Part shown: one piece after another, positions 1-9,454 of the stretch
Layout: each line of letters opens with the position of its first letter
Position numbering within the stretch: the first letter of the stretch is position 1
Origin: an uncultured Pelagibacteraceae bacterium
GTDB taxonomy: Bacteria; Pseudomonadota; Alphaproteobacteria; Pelagibacterales; Pelagibacteraceae
Length of the DNA: 64,000 nt
Direction: 5' to 3'
Assembly (NCBI GenBank): GCA_902598735.1
Contig: CACKCM010000004.1
Location: 3,787 to 67,786, forward strand
Translations under genes and position numbers: made by a program
The notes under the pieces: generated by a model
What the model saw: only the letters and a program-made list of their open reading frames with translations
Databases searched by the model: none
What the model was told of the DNA's origin: nothing

Positions 1-1
1 T

Positions 2-574
2 TATGTTTTAATACTTTGTTCGCTAGCATTTATAGTTCTAATACAATTTAATTTTCTTACAATTTTATTAGGATTAGGTTCAATGTTTTTAGCTTTTGCT
101 TACCCGTTTATGAAAAGAATTACTTACTGGCCACAATTATTTTTAGGTATAACATTTAATTGGGGAATTATAATGGCTTGGACTGCTTATAATGGTCAAA
201 TTACATCAGAAATTCTTGTTCTTTATCTATCAGCCATATTTTGGACATTGGGCTATGACACCATTTATGGAGCTCAAGATATGTCAGACGATGAAATAAT
301 TGGACTTAAATCAACGTCCATAAAATTTAAAAATAACATAAAGTTATTTGTTTCATCAACATATTTTTTTAGCATAATTCTTGCTATCTTCTTCTTTATG
401 AAAAATATAGGATTTAACTTATCTACATTATTCTTATTTTCTTTTGTGTTAAGTTTAATTTACCAAATTTTTAAATTCAAAAAGACAAAGGCTGCTACTT
501 GCCTTCAAGCTTTTAAGTTGAATAACTTATCTGGACTAATAATGTTCACATCAATCTTATTGATTAATTATTGA
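2..574 (+). CDS. ubiA: 4-hydroxybenzoate polyprenyltransferase (5' truncated by window)
   Basis: YPFMKRITYWPQ and YDTIYGAQD..DD..IG.KS motifs; multi-TM; the frame stays open back to base 2. Confidence 0.93.
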   Translation, partial: YVLILCSLAFIVLIQFNFLTILLGLGSMFLAFAYPFMKRITYWPQLFLGITFNWGIIMAWTAYNGQITSEILVLYLSAIFWTLGYDTIYGAQDMSDDEIIGLKSTSIKFKNNIKLFVSSTYFFSIILAIFFFMKNIGFNLSTLFLFSFVLSLIYQIFKFKKTKAATCLQAFKLNNLSGLIMFTSILLINY

Positions 575-577
575 AAA

Positions 578-2320
578 ATGAAATTTCAAGAAGTAAAAAT
601 AATTTTAAAAAGGCTATATAAAGAGCACATTAGATATCATTTAAAAAAAATTTTCGTTGCACTAATTCTTTCAATTATTGTAGCTGGGAGTACTTCTGGA
701 ATAGCTTGGCTTTTAGATCCTGCTGTTAAAAAAATTTTTGTTGAACAAGATAGAACTTTGGCTTGGATAATTCCAGTTCTAATTATTATTGCTTTTTCTA
801 GTAAAGGAATTTCATTATATCTTGCTAGAATTAATATTATTAGAGTAGGTGAAGAAGTTTCAGGAGAGCTACAAAAAAGAATAGCAAATAATATTTTATT
901 GTCAGATATCCAAACTTTAGAAAATAGACACTCAGGTAAATATATTTCTAATATTATGTACGACACTCATATGATTCAAAATTTAGTGAGCGTTGGGGTT
1001 TTAAATATTATGAAAGATACTTTTACTGTAATATTTTTATTATCTTTAATGTTTTATCAAAATTGGAAGCTTGCATTATTTGCGATTTTGATGATACCTC
1101 TTGCAGGTGGTTTAGCTAAATCTCTAGGGAAAAGAATAGGAAAAGCAACCGGCCAAGCTGGGGTATCTTCTGGAAAATTGGTAACATTTTTATCTGAAAT
1201 TTTAAAAGGATCTAGAATGATAAGAATATATCAAAAGGAAAGAGAAGAGTTTAATAAAGCTAACAAAGTTGTAGATGATTTAGTAAAGAAAAGAGTAAAA
1301 ATTGGAAGTGTAATGATAAGGGCAACACCAATTATGGAGTCCTTAACTGGAGTCATGATTGCAGGGTTTATATTTTTCTCTGGCACACTTATTGCTTCAG
1401 GTGAATTAGAATTGAATAATTTTTTCTCTTTTTTAGCTGCTATGATGCTTGCCTATCAACCAATTAGATCTCTTGCTACAATTAATATGACCGCCTATCA
1501 AGGAGCAGCTTCTTTTAAAAGAATTAGTGAAGTTATTGATGCAAAAATTAATATTATCAATGATCAAAATTTACCTCGATTAAATATTAAAAATTCTGAT
1601 ATAGCATTTAAAGATGTGAATTTTTATTATGAAACTGGTAAAGCTAAAGCTATTAAAAATATTTCATTTAATATAAATGGTAACACGATGACTGCGTTTG
1701 TAGGTCATAGTGGAGCTGGAAAAAGTACAATAATTAACTTATTACCAAGATTTTATGACCCACAAGAAGGGGAAATAAAAATAGACGATCAGGATATTAA
1801 ACAAGTAAACTTGGATTCCTTAAGAAAGAATATTTCTTTGGTTAGTCAAGATATTATTTTGTTTGATGACACTATAATAAATAATATTTGTTACGCGAAG
1901 AGTGACGCAACTCAGTCAGAAATAGAAAATGCATGTAAGTTTGCAGCAGCAGATGAATTTATTAACAAATTACCAGAAAAATATAACACTCTTATAGGTG
2001 AAAATGGAGTAAAATTATCAGGAGGCCAAAAACAAAGGTTGTCAATTGCAAGAGCAATTTTGAAAGAGTCTCCAATAATTTTATTAGATGAAGCAACTTC
2101 GTCTTTAGACGCCGACTCAGAAGAAATAGTCCAAAATGCAATATTGAATTTAACTAAAAATAAAACTACTTTAGTAATAGCTCATAGACTCTCCACTATC
2201 CATAAAGCAGATAAAATATTTGTACTTAAAAATGGAACTATAATAAACTCAGGTAATCATGATTCATTAATAAAAAATTGTGAAGAGTATAAGTCTTTAT
2301 ATCAAAAACAATTAAAATAA
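578..2320 (+). CDS. msbA: Lipid A ABC exporter (flippase)
   Basis: N-terminal TM domain plus GHSGAGKS, LSGGQKQR and ILLDEATS; sits in a lipid A cluster. Confidence 0.88.
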   Translation: MKFQEVKIILKRLYKEHIRYHLKKIFVALILSIIVAGSTSGIAWLLDPAVKKIFVEQDRTLAWIIPVLIIIAFSSKGISLYLARINIIRVGEEVSGELQKRIANNILLSDIQTLENRHSGKYISNIMYDTHMIQNLVSVGVLNIMKDTFTVIFLLSLMFYQNWKLALFAILMIPLAGGLAKSLGKRIGKATGQAGVSSGKLVTFLSEILKGSRMIRIYQKEREEFNKANKVVDDLVKKRVKIGSVMIRATPIMESLTGVMIAGFIFFSGTLIASGELELNNFFSFLAAMMLAYQPIRSLATINMTAYQGAASFKRISEVIDAKINIINDQNLPRLNIKNSDIAFKDVNFYYETGKAKAIKNISFNINGNTMTAFVGHSGAGKSTIINLLPRFYDPQEGEIKIDDQDIKQVNLDSLRKNISLVSQDIILFDDTIINNICYAKSDATQSEIENACKFAAADEFINKLPEKYNTLIGENGVKLSGGQKQRLSIARAILKESPIILLDEATSSLDADSEEIVQNAILNLTKNKTTLVIAHRLSTIHKADKIFVLKNGTIINSGNHDSLIKNCEEYKSLYQKQLK

Positions 2321-2325
2321 ATAAA

Positions 2326-3612
2326 ATGTTTTTATTTTATCGGATAATTACTTTCTTAACTTACCCGATCTTGATTTTATTAATATTTGTTCGAAAATTG
2401 AGAAAAAAGGAAGATCAAAAAAGGTACAAGGAAAAAATTTTTACTTCTTACTTTAAATCTAACAGAGACAGTAGATTTAAATTAATTTGGTTTCATGCAG
2501 CTAGCATTGGGGAATTAAAGAGTATAATACCTATAATAAATGATTTAAAAAAAGAAAAAAAAGATTTACAATTTTTAATTACGACGTTAACACTCAGTTC
2601 ATCTAATTTAGCTGAAGATATTTTTAAAAATAATAAAAATATTTTTCACAGTTTTTTCCCACTAGATATTGAATTTTTACAAAATAGCTTTTTGGATACC
2701 TGGAAACCTAATGCGGTTTTTTTAGTCGACTCAGAAATTTGGCCAAATATGATTTGGCAAGTTAAAAAAAGAGGAATACCTATAGCTATAATTAATGCCA
2801 GAATAACAAATAAAACTTTTAATAAATGGATGATGATTCCAAAAAGCGCAAAAAAAATATTCAATTCATTTAAATTATGTTTAACTTCAAGTTTAGAAAC
2901 TAAAGATTACTTATTAAAATTAAATGCTCAAAAAGTTCTATTTTGTGGAAATATTAAATTAATAAAAAATTCAAATGATAAAGTAATTTTAGATAATAAA
3001 AATGAGGATATTTTATCAAAATTAAATTTTTGGTGTGCTGTAAGCACTCATAAAAAGGAAGAAGAATTTTGCATAAATGTCCATAATTTTCTTAGGAAAA
3101 AATATAAAAAAGTTATTACAATAATTGCACCTAGACATATTGAACGATCTAATGAAATTGAAAAAATTTGTGATGAAAATAAAATTAGTTGTCAAATTTT
3201 AAGTAAGAATGATTTAATTTCAAATAACAAAGAAGTAATCATTATAAATTCATTTGGAATACTTCCAAGTTTCTTTAAACATTCAAGAAGTGTTTTTATG
3301 GGAAAATCTTTGATGCAAAGATTTGAAAGTAATGGAGGTCAAAACCCAATAGAAGCTGCACGATTAGGATGTAAAATTTATCATGGACCTTATGTGTACA
3401 ATTTTAAAGAAATTTACGAAATCTTTAAAAAATACGGTATATCTAAAAAAATAGAGACTGTTGAATATCTTGCTGATAATTTAATTAAAGATTTTCAAAT
3501 AAATAAAGAAAATTCGTTAGACTTATCAAAGAGGTTAGATAATTTAAGTAAAAAAATTTTTGAAGATACAATGAAAAATATTAATCAATTTCTTAAAGAT
3601 GAGACTAAGTAA
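2326..3612 (+). CDS. waaA: 3-deoxy-D-manno-octulosonic acid transferase
   Basis: WFHAASIGE, SEIWPN, APRHIER and GGQNPIEAA motifs. Confidence 0.93.
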   Translation: MFLFYRIITFLTYPILILLIFVRKLRKKEDQKRYKEKIFTSYFKSNRDSRFKLIWFHAASIGELKSIIPIINDLKKEKKDLQFLITTLTLSSSNLAEDIFKNNKNIFHSFFPLDIEFLQNSFLDTWKPNAVFLVDSEIWPNMIWQVKKRGIPIAIINARITNKTFNKWMMIPKSAKKIFNSFKLCLTSSLETKDYLLKLNAQKVLFCGNIKLIKNSNDKVILDNKNEDILSKLNFWCAVSTHKKEEEFCINVHNFLRKKYKKVITIIAPRHIERSNEIEKICDENKISCQILSKNDLISNNKEVIIINSFGILPSFFKHSRSVFMGKSLMQRFESNGGQNPIEAARLGCKIYHGPYVYNFKEIYEIFKKYGISKKIETVEYLADNLIKDFQINKENSLDLSKRLDNLSKKIFEDTMKNINQFLKDETK

Positions 3613-4531
3613 GCCAAGTTTTTGGGATACCGAAAATAGTTTGTTAGCAATTATTTTGTTTCCTTTTAGTCTAATATTTAATTTTCTTGTGTATTTAAAA
3701 AAAAAATTAACTAAAGAAATTAATTTTAAAATACCTATAATTTGTGTGGGAAATATTTATTTAGGAGGAACTGGAAAGACCCCATCTTCTATATTTATAG
3801 CTAGAGAATTAGTCAAAAAAAATAAAAATCCCGTAATAATTAGAAAATATTATAAGGATCACAGAGATGAGCATGATCTTATTCGAAAAAATTATGATAA
3901 TTTGATTTTATCAAAAAATAGAATCCAAGGAATTAATGAAGCTATTATTAAAGGGTTTGATACAATCGTACTTGACGATGGTTTTCAAGATTACAAAATT
4001 AATAAAAATCTAAATATCATTTGTTTCAATCAAAATCAAAAAATTGGAAATGGATTTACTTTGCCTGCAGGACCCTTAAGAGAAAAATTAACTGCATTAA
4101 AAAATTCTAAAATAGTTTTAATAAACGGTGAAAAAGACTTAAATTTTGAAAAAAAAATTTTAGAAATAAATAAAACTACAAAAATTTACTACTCTAAATT
4201 TAAACCAATTAATATAAATCAATTTAGGAATAGCAATCTTTTAGCTTTTGCTGGTATAGGAAATCCAATAAATTTTTTTAATATATTAAAAAATAATAAT
4301 TTGAATATATTTAAAGAAATAATTTTTCCCGATCACTATGAATTTACAAAAAGTGTTTTATTAAAATTAATATCGTTTGCTCATTTGAATAATCTTAAAA
4401 TCGTAACAACTGAAAAAGACTTTTTAAGAATTAAACACTTAAATTTAGATAATATTGAATATTTAAAGGTTGAATTAGAGATTGAAAATAAAGAAAATTT
4501 ACTAGAAGAAATTTTAGAAGTCTATGATTAA
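3599..4531 (+). CDS. lpxK: Tetraacyldisaccharide 4'-kinase
   Basis: VGNIYLGGTGKTP, LDDGFQ, PAGPLRE, FPDHY and TTEKD motifs. Confidence 0.95.
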   Translation: MRLSKPSFWDTENSLLAIILFPFSLIFNFLVYLKKKLTKEINFKIPIICVGNIYLGGTGKTPSSIFIARELVKKNKNPVIIRKYYKDHRDEHDLIRKNYDNLILSKNRIQGINEAIIKGFDTIVLDDGFQDYKINKNLNIICFNQNQKIGNGFTLPAGPLREKLTALKNSKIVLINGEKDLNFEKKILEINKTTKIYYSKFKPININQFRNSNLLAFAGIGNPINFFNILKNNNLNIFKEIIFPDHYEFTKSVLLKLISFAHLNNLKIVTTEKDFLRIKHLNLDNIEYLKVELEIENKENLLEEILEVYD

Positions 4532-5381
4532 ATCTTTAAAATATCTAATACAAGCAATAATAGTATATTTTTTTTTAATTCTAGCTCGATTAATAGGATT
4601 GACATTAAGTCGATATCTTTTCTCCAACCTTTTTTTAATTTTAGGAAAATATTTTAAATCAAGAAAAATTGTAGATCAGAACTTAAATATTTTCAATCCA
4701 AGACTACAGAAAAAAGAAAAAGATATAATAGTTTCACAGATGTGGAGAAATTACGGAATGACTTTTGTTGAGTATGTATTTTTAAACCAATTTAAAAAAA
4801 ATGAATCACATTTAGAAATTATTGGTGAAAGAAACCTGAAAGATATAATTTCAAATAAAAAGCCAGTAATATTTGTTTCGGGTCATTTTGCAAATTTTGA
4901 GTTGATGTCTATGGAGATTATTCGAAAAAAAATAAATTTAGCCACAATATACAGACCGTTGAATAACTTTTTTTTAAATCCTTTAATGGAATATTTAAGA
5001 AGAAAATATGTATGCAAATATCAAATTAAGAAAGGTATAGCAGGTGTTAAGAATGCGGTAAATTATATCAAAAAAAATTATAGTGTCGCTTTAATGATTG
5101 ATCAGCGAGTTTCTGAAGGTGAAAGAATTGATTTATTTAAAAAAAGTGCTTTAACTACAACATTACCAGCTCAACTTGCTATGAAATATAATTTAAAAAT
5201 AATACCAGTTTTTATTGAAAGGAGAAAAAACAAAAATTTTAAAATTGAATTTTATAATGAAATTTTACCAACAAATTTCAAGGATAGAACTGAATTAACA
5301 AAAGAGCTCAATAAAGTGCTTGAAAAAATGATTGAAAGAAATCCTTACCAATGGATTTGGACACATAATAGATGGAAATAA
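4524..5381 (+). CDS. lpxL: Lipid A biosynthesis acyltransferase (LpxL/HtrB family)
   Basis: HFANFE catalytic motif, LMIDQ, PYQWIWTHNRWK C-terminus; cluster context. Confidence 0.88.
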   Translation: MIKSLKYLIQAIIVYFFLILARLIGLTLSRYLFSNLFLILGKYFKSRKIVDQNLNIFNPRLQKKEKDIIVSQMWRNYGMTFVEYVFLNQFKKNESHLEIIGERNLKDIISNKKPVIFVSGHFANFELMSMEIIRKKINLATIYRPLNNFFLNPLMEYLRRKYVCKYQIKKGIAGVKNAVNYIKKNYSVALMIDQRVSEGERIDLFKKSALTTTLPAQLAMKYNLKIIPVFIERRKNKNFKIEFYNEILPTNFKDRTELTKELNKVLEKMIERNPYQWIWTHNRWK

Positions 5382-5386
5382 AGTCA

Positions 5387-5584
5387 CTAATTTTTTTTAA
5401 TAGATTTATACCTTTGATTTGCTTCTATTACTGAAAAGTAAGCTTCTTGCAGATCAACGTTCCAATAATTTAAATCTTTTAGTTCAATTTCTTTACCAGA
5501 AACTGCACACAATACAAAATCTCCCTCTTCAATAATATCAAAAGAGTTGTGTTTAAACATAAGTTTAGCTTTTTTTTTATTCAT
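5387..5584 (-). CDS. Small conserved alphaproteobacterial protein (DUF2093-like)
   Basis: GDFVLCAVSG..I.L..L.YWNVDLQEAY pattern; typical neighbour of purD and lpxK. Confidence 0.75.
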   Translation of the reverse strand: MNKKKAKLMFKHNSFDIIEEGDFVLCAVSGKEIELKDLNYWNVDLQEAYFSVIEANQRYKSIKKN

Positions 5585-5610
5585 GTATAAATTATAAAAT
5601 ATTATTATAC

Positions 5611-6876
5611 ATGAATATTGGACTGATAGGTAGTGGCGGAAGAGAACACGCTTTGTGTCAAAAAATCTATGAGTCTAAATTAGTGAAACGAATTTTCTGC
5701 TTACCGGGGAACGCCGGAACCTCAAAATTAGCAACAAATTTAGATGTAGATATTCTAAATTTTAAGTCAGTTTTTAAAATAATTAAAAATTATAAAATTG
5801 ATGTAGTCGTTATTGGCCCAGAGGAACCGCTAGTTAAAGGGCTTGTGAATTACTTAAATAAAAAAAAAGTAAAAGTTTTTGGACCAAATAAATATGCTGC
5901 TAAACTTGAGGGATCCAAAGCGTTTATGAAGAAACTTTGTAAAGAACATAAAATACCGACTGCAAACTTTCAAGTTTGTATCAATAAAAAACAAATTTTA
6001 TCTTTTTTAAATAAGAACAAATTACCAATTGTTGTAAAAGCCGATGGTTTAGCTGCTGGAAAAGGTGTCACAATTTGTAAAAGTAAAAAAAGAGTTTTAG
6101 ATATTTCAAAAGAAATATTTAAAGGTAAATTTAGGTCTTCAAGGAGAGTTGTTCTAGAGGAATTTTTGAGTGGAGAAGAGGCGAGTTATTTTCTAATTGT
6201 AGATAAATATAATTTTAAATTCTTTGGAACAGCACAAGATCATAAAAGAGTAGGCGAAAATGATAAAGGTCTCAATACAGGTGGTATGGGTGCTTACTCT
6301 CCTGCTCCGATCATAAGCAAAAAAATTGAAAAAAAAATAATTAATAAAATTGTAAAACCAACCTTAAATGCTTTAAAAAAGAAAAATAATCCCTACAAAG
6401 GTTTTTTATATGTAGGTTTAATGATTAAAAACGGTGAGCCTTTTTTGATAGAGTATAATGTAAGAATGGGTGATCCTGAATGTCAAGTTATTTTACCAAG
6501 ATTAAAAAACGATATTATGAAAGTAATATTAAATTCAATAAATGATAATTTAAAAAGAACTAAAATTAATTGGAAAATTGGTAAATGTATGACAATAGTA
6601 CTTTGTTCAAAAGGTTATCCAAAAAGTTATAAAAAAAATATTATTATAAAAAATTTAAAAAGAATTAAACTTGATAAGAATAGTTTTCTATTTCATGCTG
6701 GCACAAGATTAAAAAATCAGAATATTTATGCGGTTGGAGGAAGGGTTTTAAATTTTACTGTAATTGGAGATAATTTTCATAAGATTAGAAAAAAAATTAT
6801 TTACTTTATAAAAGTTTTAAATTGGGGAAATGGTTTTTTTAGAAAAGATATAGGTTGGAAAATAATAAAAAAATGA
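5611..6876 (+). CDS. purD: Phosphoribosylamine-glycine ligase
   Basis: GSGGREHA, KADGLAAGKGV, QDHKR, NTGGMG and EYNVRMGDPE motifs. Confidence 0.97.
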   Translation: MNIGLIGSGGREHALCQKIYESKLVKRIFCLPGNAGTSKLATNLDVDILNFKSVFKIIKNYKIDVVVIGPEEPLVKGLVNYLNKKKVKVFGPNKYAAKLEGSKAFMKKLCKEHKIPTANFQVCINKKQILSFLNKNKLPIVVKADGLAAGKGVTICKSKKRVLDISKEIFKGKFRSSRRVVLEEFLSGEEASYFLIVDKYNFKFFGTAQDHKRVGENDKGLNTGGMGAYSPAPIISKKIEKKIINKIVKPTLNALKKKNNPYKGFLYVGLMIKNGEPFLIEYNVRMGDPECQVILPRLKNDIMKVILNSINDNLKRTKINWKIGKCMTIVLCSKGYPKSYKKNIIIKNLKRIKLDKNSFLFHAGTRLKNQNIYAVGGRVLNFTVIGDNFHKIRKKIIYFIKVLNWGNGFFRKDIGWKIIKK

Positions 6877-7433
6877 GAATAATTAGTGGAAAATTTAAAG
6901 GTAAATTTATAAAATTTCTTAAAAATGATACCACTAGACCATTAAGAGACTCTGTTAAAGAAAATATTTTTAATATTTTAAAACATTCTAACAAATTTAA
7001 AATAGACATTAACAATGCAAAAATATTAGACTTTTATTCAGGTGTTGGCTCATTTGGTCTTGAATGCTTATCAAGGGGTGCTAAAAAAGTAATTTTTGTT
7101 GAAAGAGACAAGCGCGCCTTACAAATTTTAAAAAAAAATGTTACAAATTTATTAATTTCCAAAAATTCAGTCACTCTTGTTAATGCAATTCAAAATGCTT
7201 TGGATAGGAATAAAAAAGAAAAAATTGATATTTTTTTTTTCGATCCACCTTTTTTAGATAAAAATTTTCTAGAAAATTTAAAAATAATTACAAATATGCA
7301 AATTTTTGAAAATAATCATATTGTGATAATTCATAGAGAGAAAAATTCAAATGATAATTTTGAAAATATTTTAAACGTCCTATTTTCAAAAAATTATGGG
7401 AGATCTAAAATTATCTTTGGAAGATTAATTTAA
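6873..7433 (+). CDS. rsmD: 16S rRNA m2G966 methyltransferase
   Basis: MRIISG, TRP..D.VKE.IFN, DFYSGVG and DPPF; start placed at the ATGA overlap with the purD stop. Confidence 0.92.
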   Translation: MRIISGKFKGKFIKFLKNDTTRPLRDSVKENIFNILKHSNKFKIDINNAKILDFYSGVGSFGLECLSRGAKKVIFVERDKRALQILKKNVTNLLISKNSVTLVNAIQNALDRNKKEKIDIFFFDPPFLDKNFLENLKIITNMQIFENNHIVIIHREKNSNDNFENILNVLFSKNYGRSKIIFGRLI

Positions 7434-8648
7434 AATTTTTTTAGCTATTATTTTCACATCTTCAACTGCAGGCTGATTAAAAGGATTTAAATTTAACATC
7501 TTTCCAATGATGATGGTTTCCAAAATAAAATAGCAAAATAATTCACCTAAAGTTTCCTCATTTAAATTTTTTATTGTAAATTCGCGAAAAGAGATTTTTT
7601 TACTGTTAAAAATTTTTATTAAAGCATTTTTTTGAGCTTCTTTCACATCTGTAATTTTTTTTTTATGCAAAAAGTCAAACCTGTTTGTAAATTTTTTGGT
7701 ATTTATCATTAATTTTTCCTCATGTTTATAACTAAAAATAATAAAAATTTTATCTTTCGGCCCATCCAAATATAATTGTAATAAACTATGATTATCCTTG
7801 GGCATCTCAGAAATAAATGGCAAAAAGCCTTTTCCTTTTTTTCCTAAACTTTCTGCAATCAATTGCTGACACCATTGAAGAAATTTGGATAATTTTGGCT
7901 CGTAATTAAGAAATATTAAATTATTTTTTTTTTCTTTTTGCAAAATATTAGCTAAAATTGTTGTGCTTTCTTTTAAAAAGTTTTTTTCTTTACTTTTATT
8001 TTTCAAATATTTCTTTAAATTTTTTCTTAACTCTTCAATATTTAAACCCATTAAAAACGCAGGCACAATGCCAACCTCTGACAAAACTGAATATCTTCCA
8101 CCTATATGACTTTTATGTTCAATAAAATATAAATCAAATTTTTTAGCTAAGATGTACAAAATATTATCTTTTTTTTCTGTTATAATAATAATATTTCTAT
8201 TTCTTTTTTTTAAAATACTTAATGAAAATAAATTTGATATTGTTTCAATAGTGTTTCCTGATTTTGAGATAATTATATAAAGTACGTTTTTACTCTTAAA
8301 ATTTTTTTTTAGGTTTAAAATATCTTCTTCATAAAGATTATCAAAAAAAAAAACTTTTTTTTTTATTTTTTTTTTCAAAAAATTATGCATAGCTTGTGCG
8401 CCTAAAATAGATCCACCCATTCCAATTATTGCAATTGTATTAAATCTATTAAATTTTTTTAGATCTTTTTTGTTGAAATTAAAATGAAAACTTTTTTCAA
8501 ATATATTAAATATTTTTTTATTATTTAAAATATCGTTGCATATTTGCTTAAAAATTTTTGTAAAAGTCTTTTTTATTTTACTATTTAAATTTTTATCAAG
8601 ATCATTTCTTTGTATATAATTATTGGCAGTTAAATTTTTATTAATCAC
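7425..8648 (-). CDS. pgi: Glucose-6-phosphate isomerase (short form)
   Basis: GMGGS, SKSGNTIET, GGRYS, QLIAESLGK, HSLLQ and QPAVE..K motifs. Confidence 0.9.
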   Translation of the reverse strand: MINKNLTANNYIQRNDLDKNLNSKIKKTFTKIFKQICNDILNNKKIFNIFEKSFHFNFNKKDLKKFNRFNTIAIIGMGGSILGAQAMHNFLKKKIKKKVFFFDNLYEEDILNLKKNFKSKNVLYIIISKSGNTIETISNLFSLSILKKRNRNIIIITEKKDNILYILAKKFDLYFIEHKSHIGGRYSVLSEVGIVPAFLMGLNIEELRKNLKKYLKNKSKEKNFLKESTTILANILQKEKKNNLIFLNYEPKLSKFLQWCQQLIAESLGKKGKGFLPFISEMPKDNHSLLQLYLDGPKDKIFIIFSYKHEEKLMINTKKFTNRFDFLHKKKITDVKEAQKNALIKIFNSKKISFREFTIKNLNEETLGELFCYFILETIIIGKMLNLNPFNQPAVEDVKIIAKKILN

Positions 8649-8947
8649 TTCCTAATTCTTTCTAGTATCGATTTTTCAACTGAAATAGACTGTTTATCAT
8701 TTTTTTCTTGCTCTGGTACTTTTAGTATTTTTTTAATGTTTTCGTTATTTTTTTCATTTTTACTATTTTGTGAATTAGGCATCGGTAGCTCATTATAATC
8801 AGGAGGAAGTTCAAGGGGTTGTTTTTTTTTAACTAAAAATTCATCATTGGTATTTACTTTCTCGTTTCTTAAAACTTTTCCTGCTTCACTAAGTGAATTA
8901 CAAGAGGTGAGGGCTAAGGTGATTATAATTAAATATTTATTTTTCAT
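8645..8947 (-). CDS. Lipoprotein, DUF3035-like
   Basis: Lipobox LTSC; DEFLV.KK.PL.LPPDY.ELP.P motif; downstream of lspA. Confidence 0.75.
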   Translation of the reverse strand: MKNKYLIIITLALTSCNSLSEAGKVLRNEKVNTNDEFLVKKKQPLELPPDYNELPMPNSQNSKNEKNNENIKKILKVPEQEKNDKQSISVEKSILERIRK

Positions 8948-9437
8948 AAGTATTTTGAAACAAGCCTTTAATTAGATATGCCATTATGCCTAAAGTTATA
9001 AATACATCTGCAAAATTAAATATAAACCAGTGAAAATTCTCATAATGAATATCTATAAAATCTGGTACTGCTTTGAATATTACTCTATCATAAAAATTTC
9101 CTAAAGCACCACCTATTATAATTGAAAAAATAAATTTTTCGGTTTTGTCAGATCTGAAAGCTAAAATGAGTAAAAATATTAAAATTAAACCAATAATTGT
9201 TGATATTAGATTGTATAATAGTTGTGAGTCAAAGCTTAAAAGTCCAAAGCCAATACCAGTGTTCCAAATTAAATCAAGATTAAGATAATCGTTTATAAAA
9301 TATTTGTTCTCACTAAAATTTTCTAAGATTCTAATTTTTGAATATCTGTCTACTCCAAAAATAAGTATAATATTTATAAGAAAATAAAAATTTTCTTTTA
9401 TAAATATTTTATTTTTTATTTCTTCAAGATTAATCAA
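8937..9437 (-). CDS. lspA: Lipoprotein signal peptidase
   Basis: WNTGIGFG, GGALGNFYDR, VPDFI and FNFAD motifs. Confidence 0.95.
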   Translation of the reverse strand: MINLEEIKNKIFIKENFYFLINIILIFGVDRYSKIRILENFSENKYFINDYLNLDLIWNTGIGFGLLSFDSQLLYNLISTIIGLILIFLLILAFRSDKTEKFIFSIIIGGALGNFYDRVIFKAVPDFIDIHYENFHWFIFNFADVFITLGIMAYLIKGLFQNTYEK

Positions 9438-9454
9438 AATATTGTATTTCTATT

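Noticed and set aside
8340-8380. Long A/T homopolymer runs as phase-variation or frameshift sites
   Set aside because: Reading frames stay intact; the runs reflect Lys/Phe codons in an AT-rich genome
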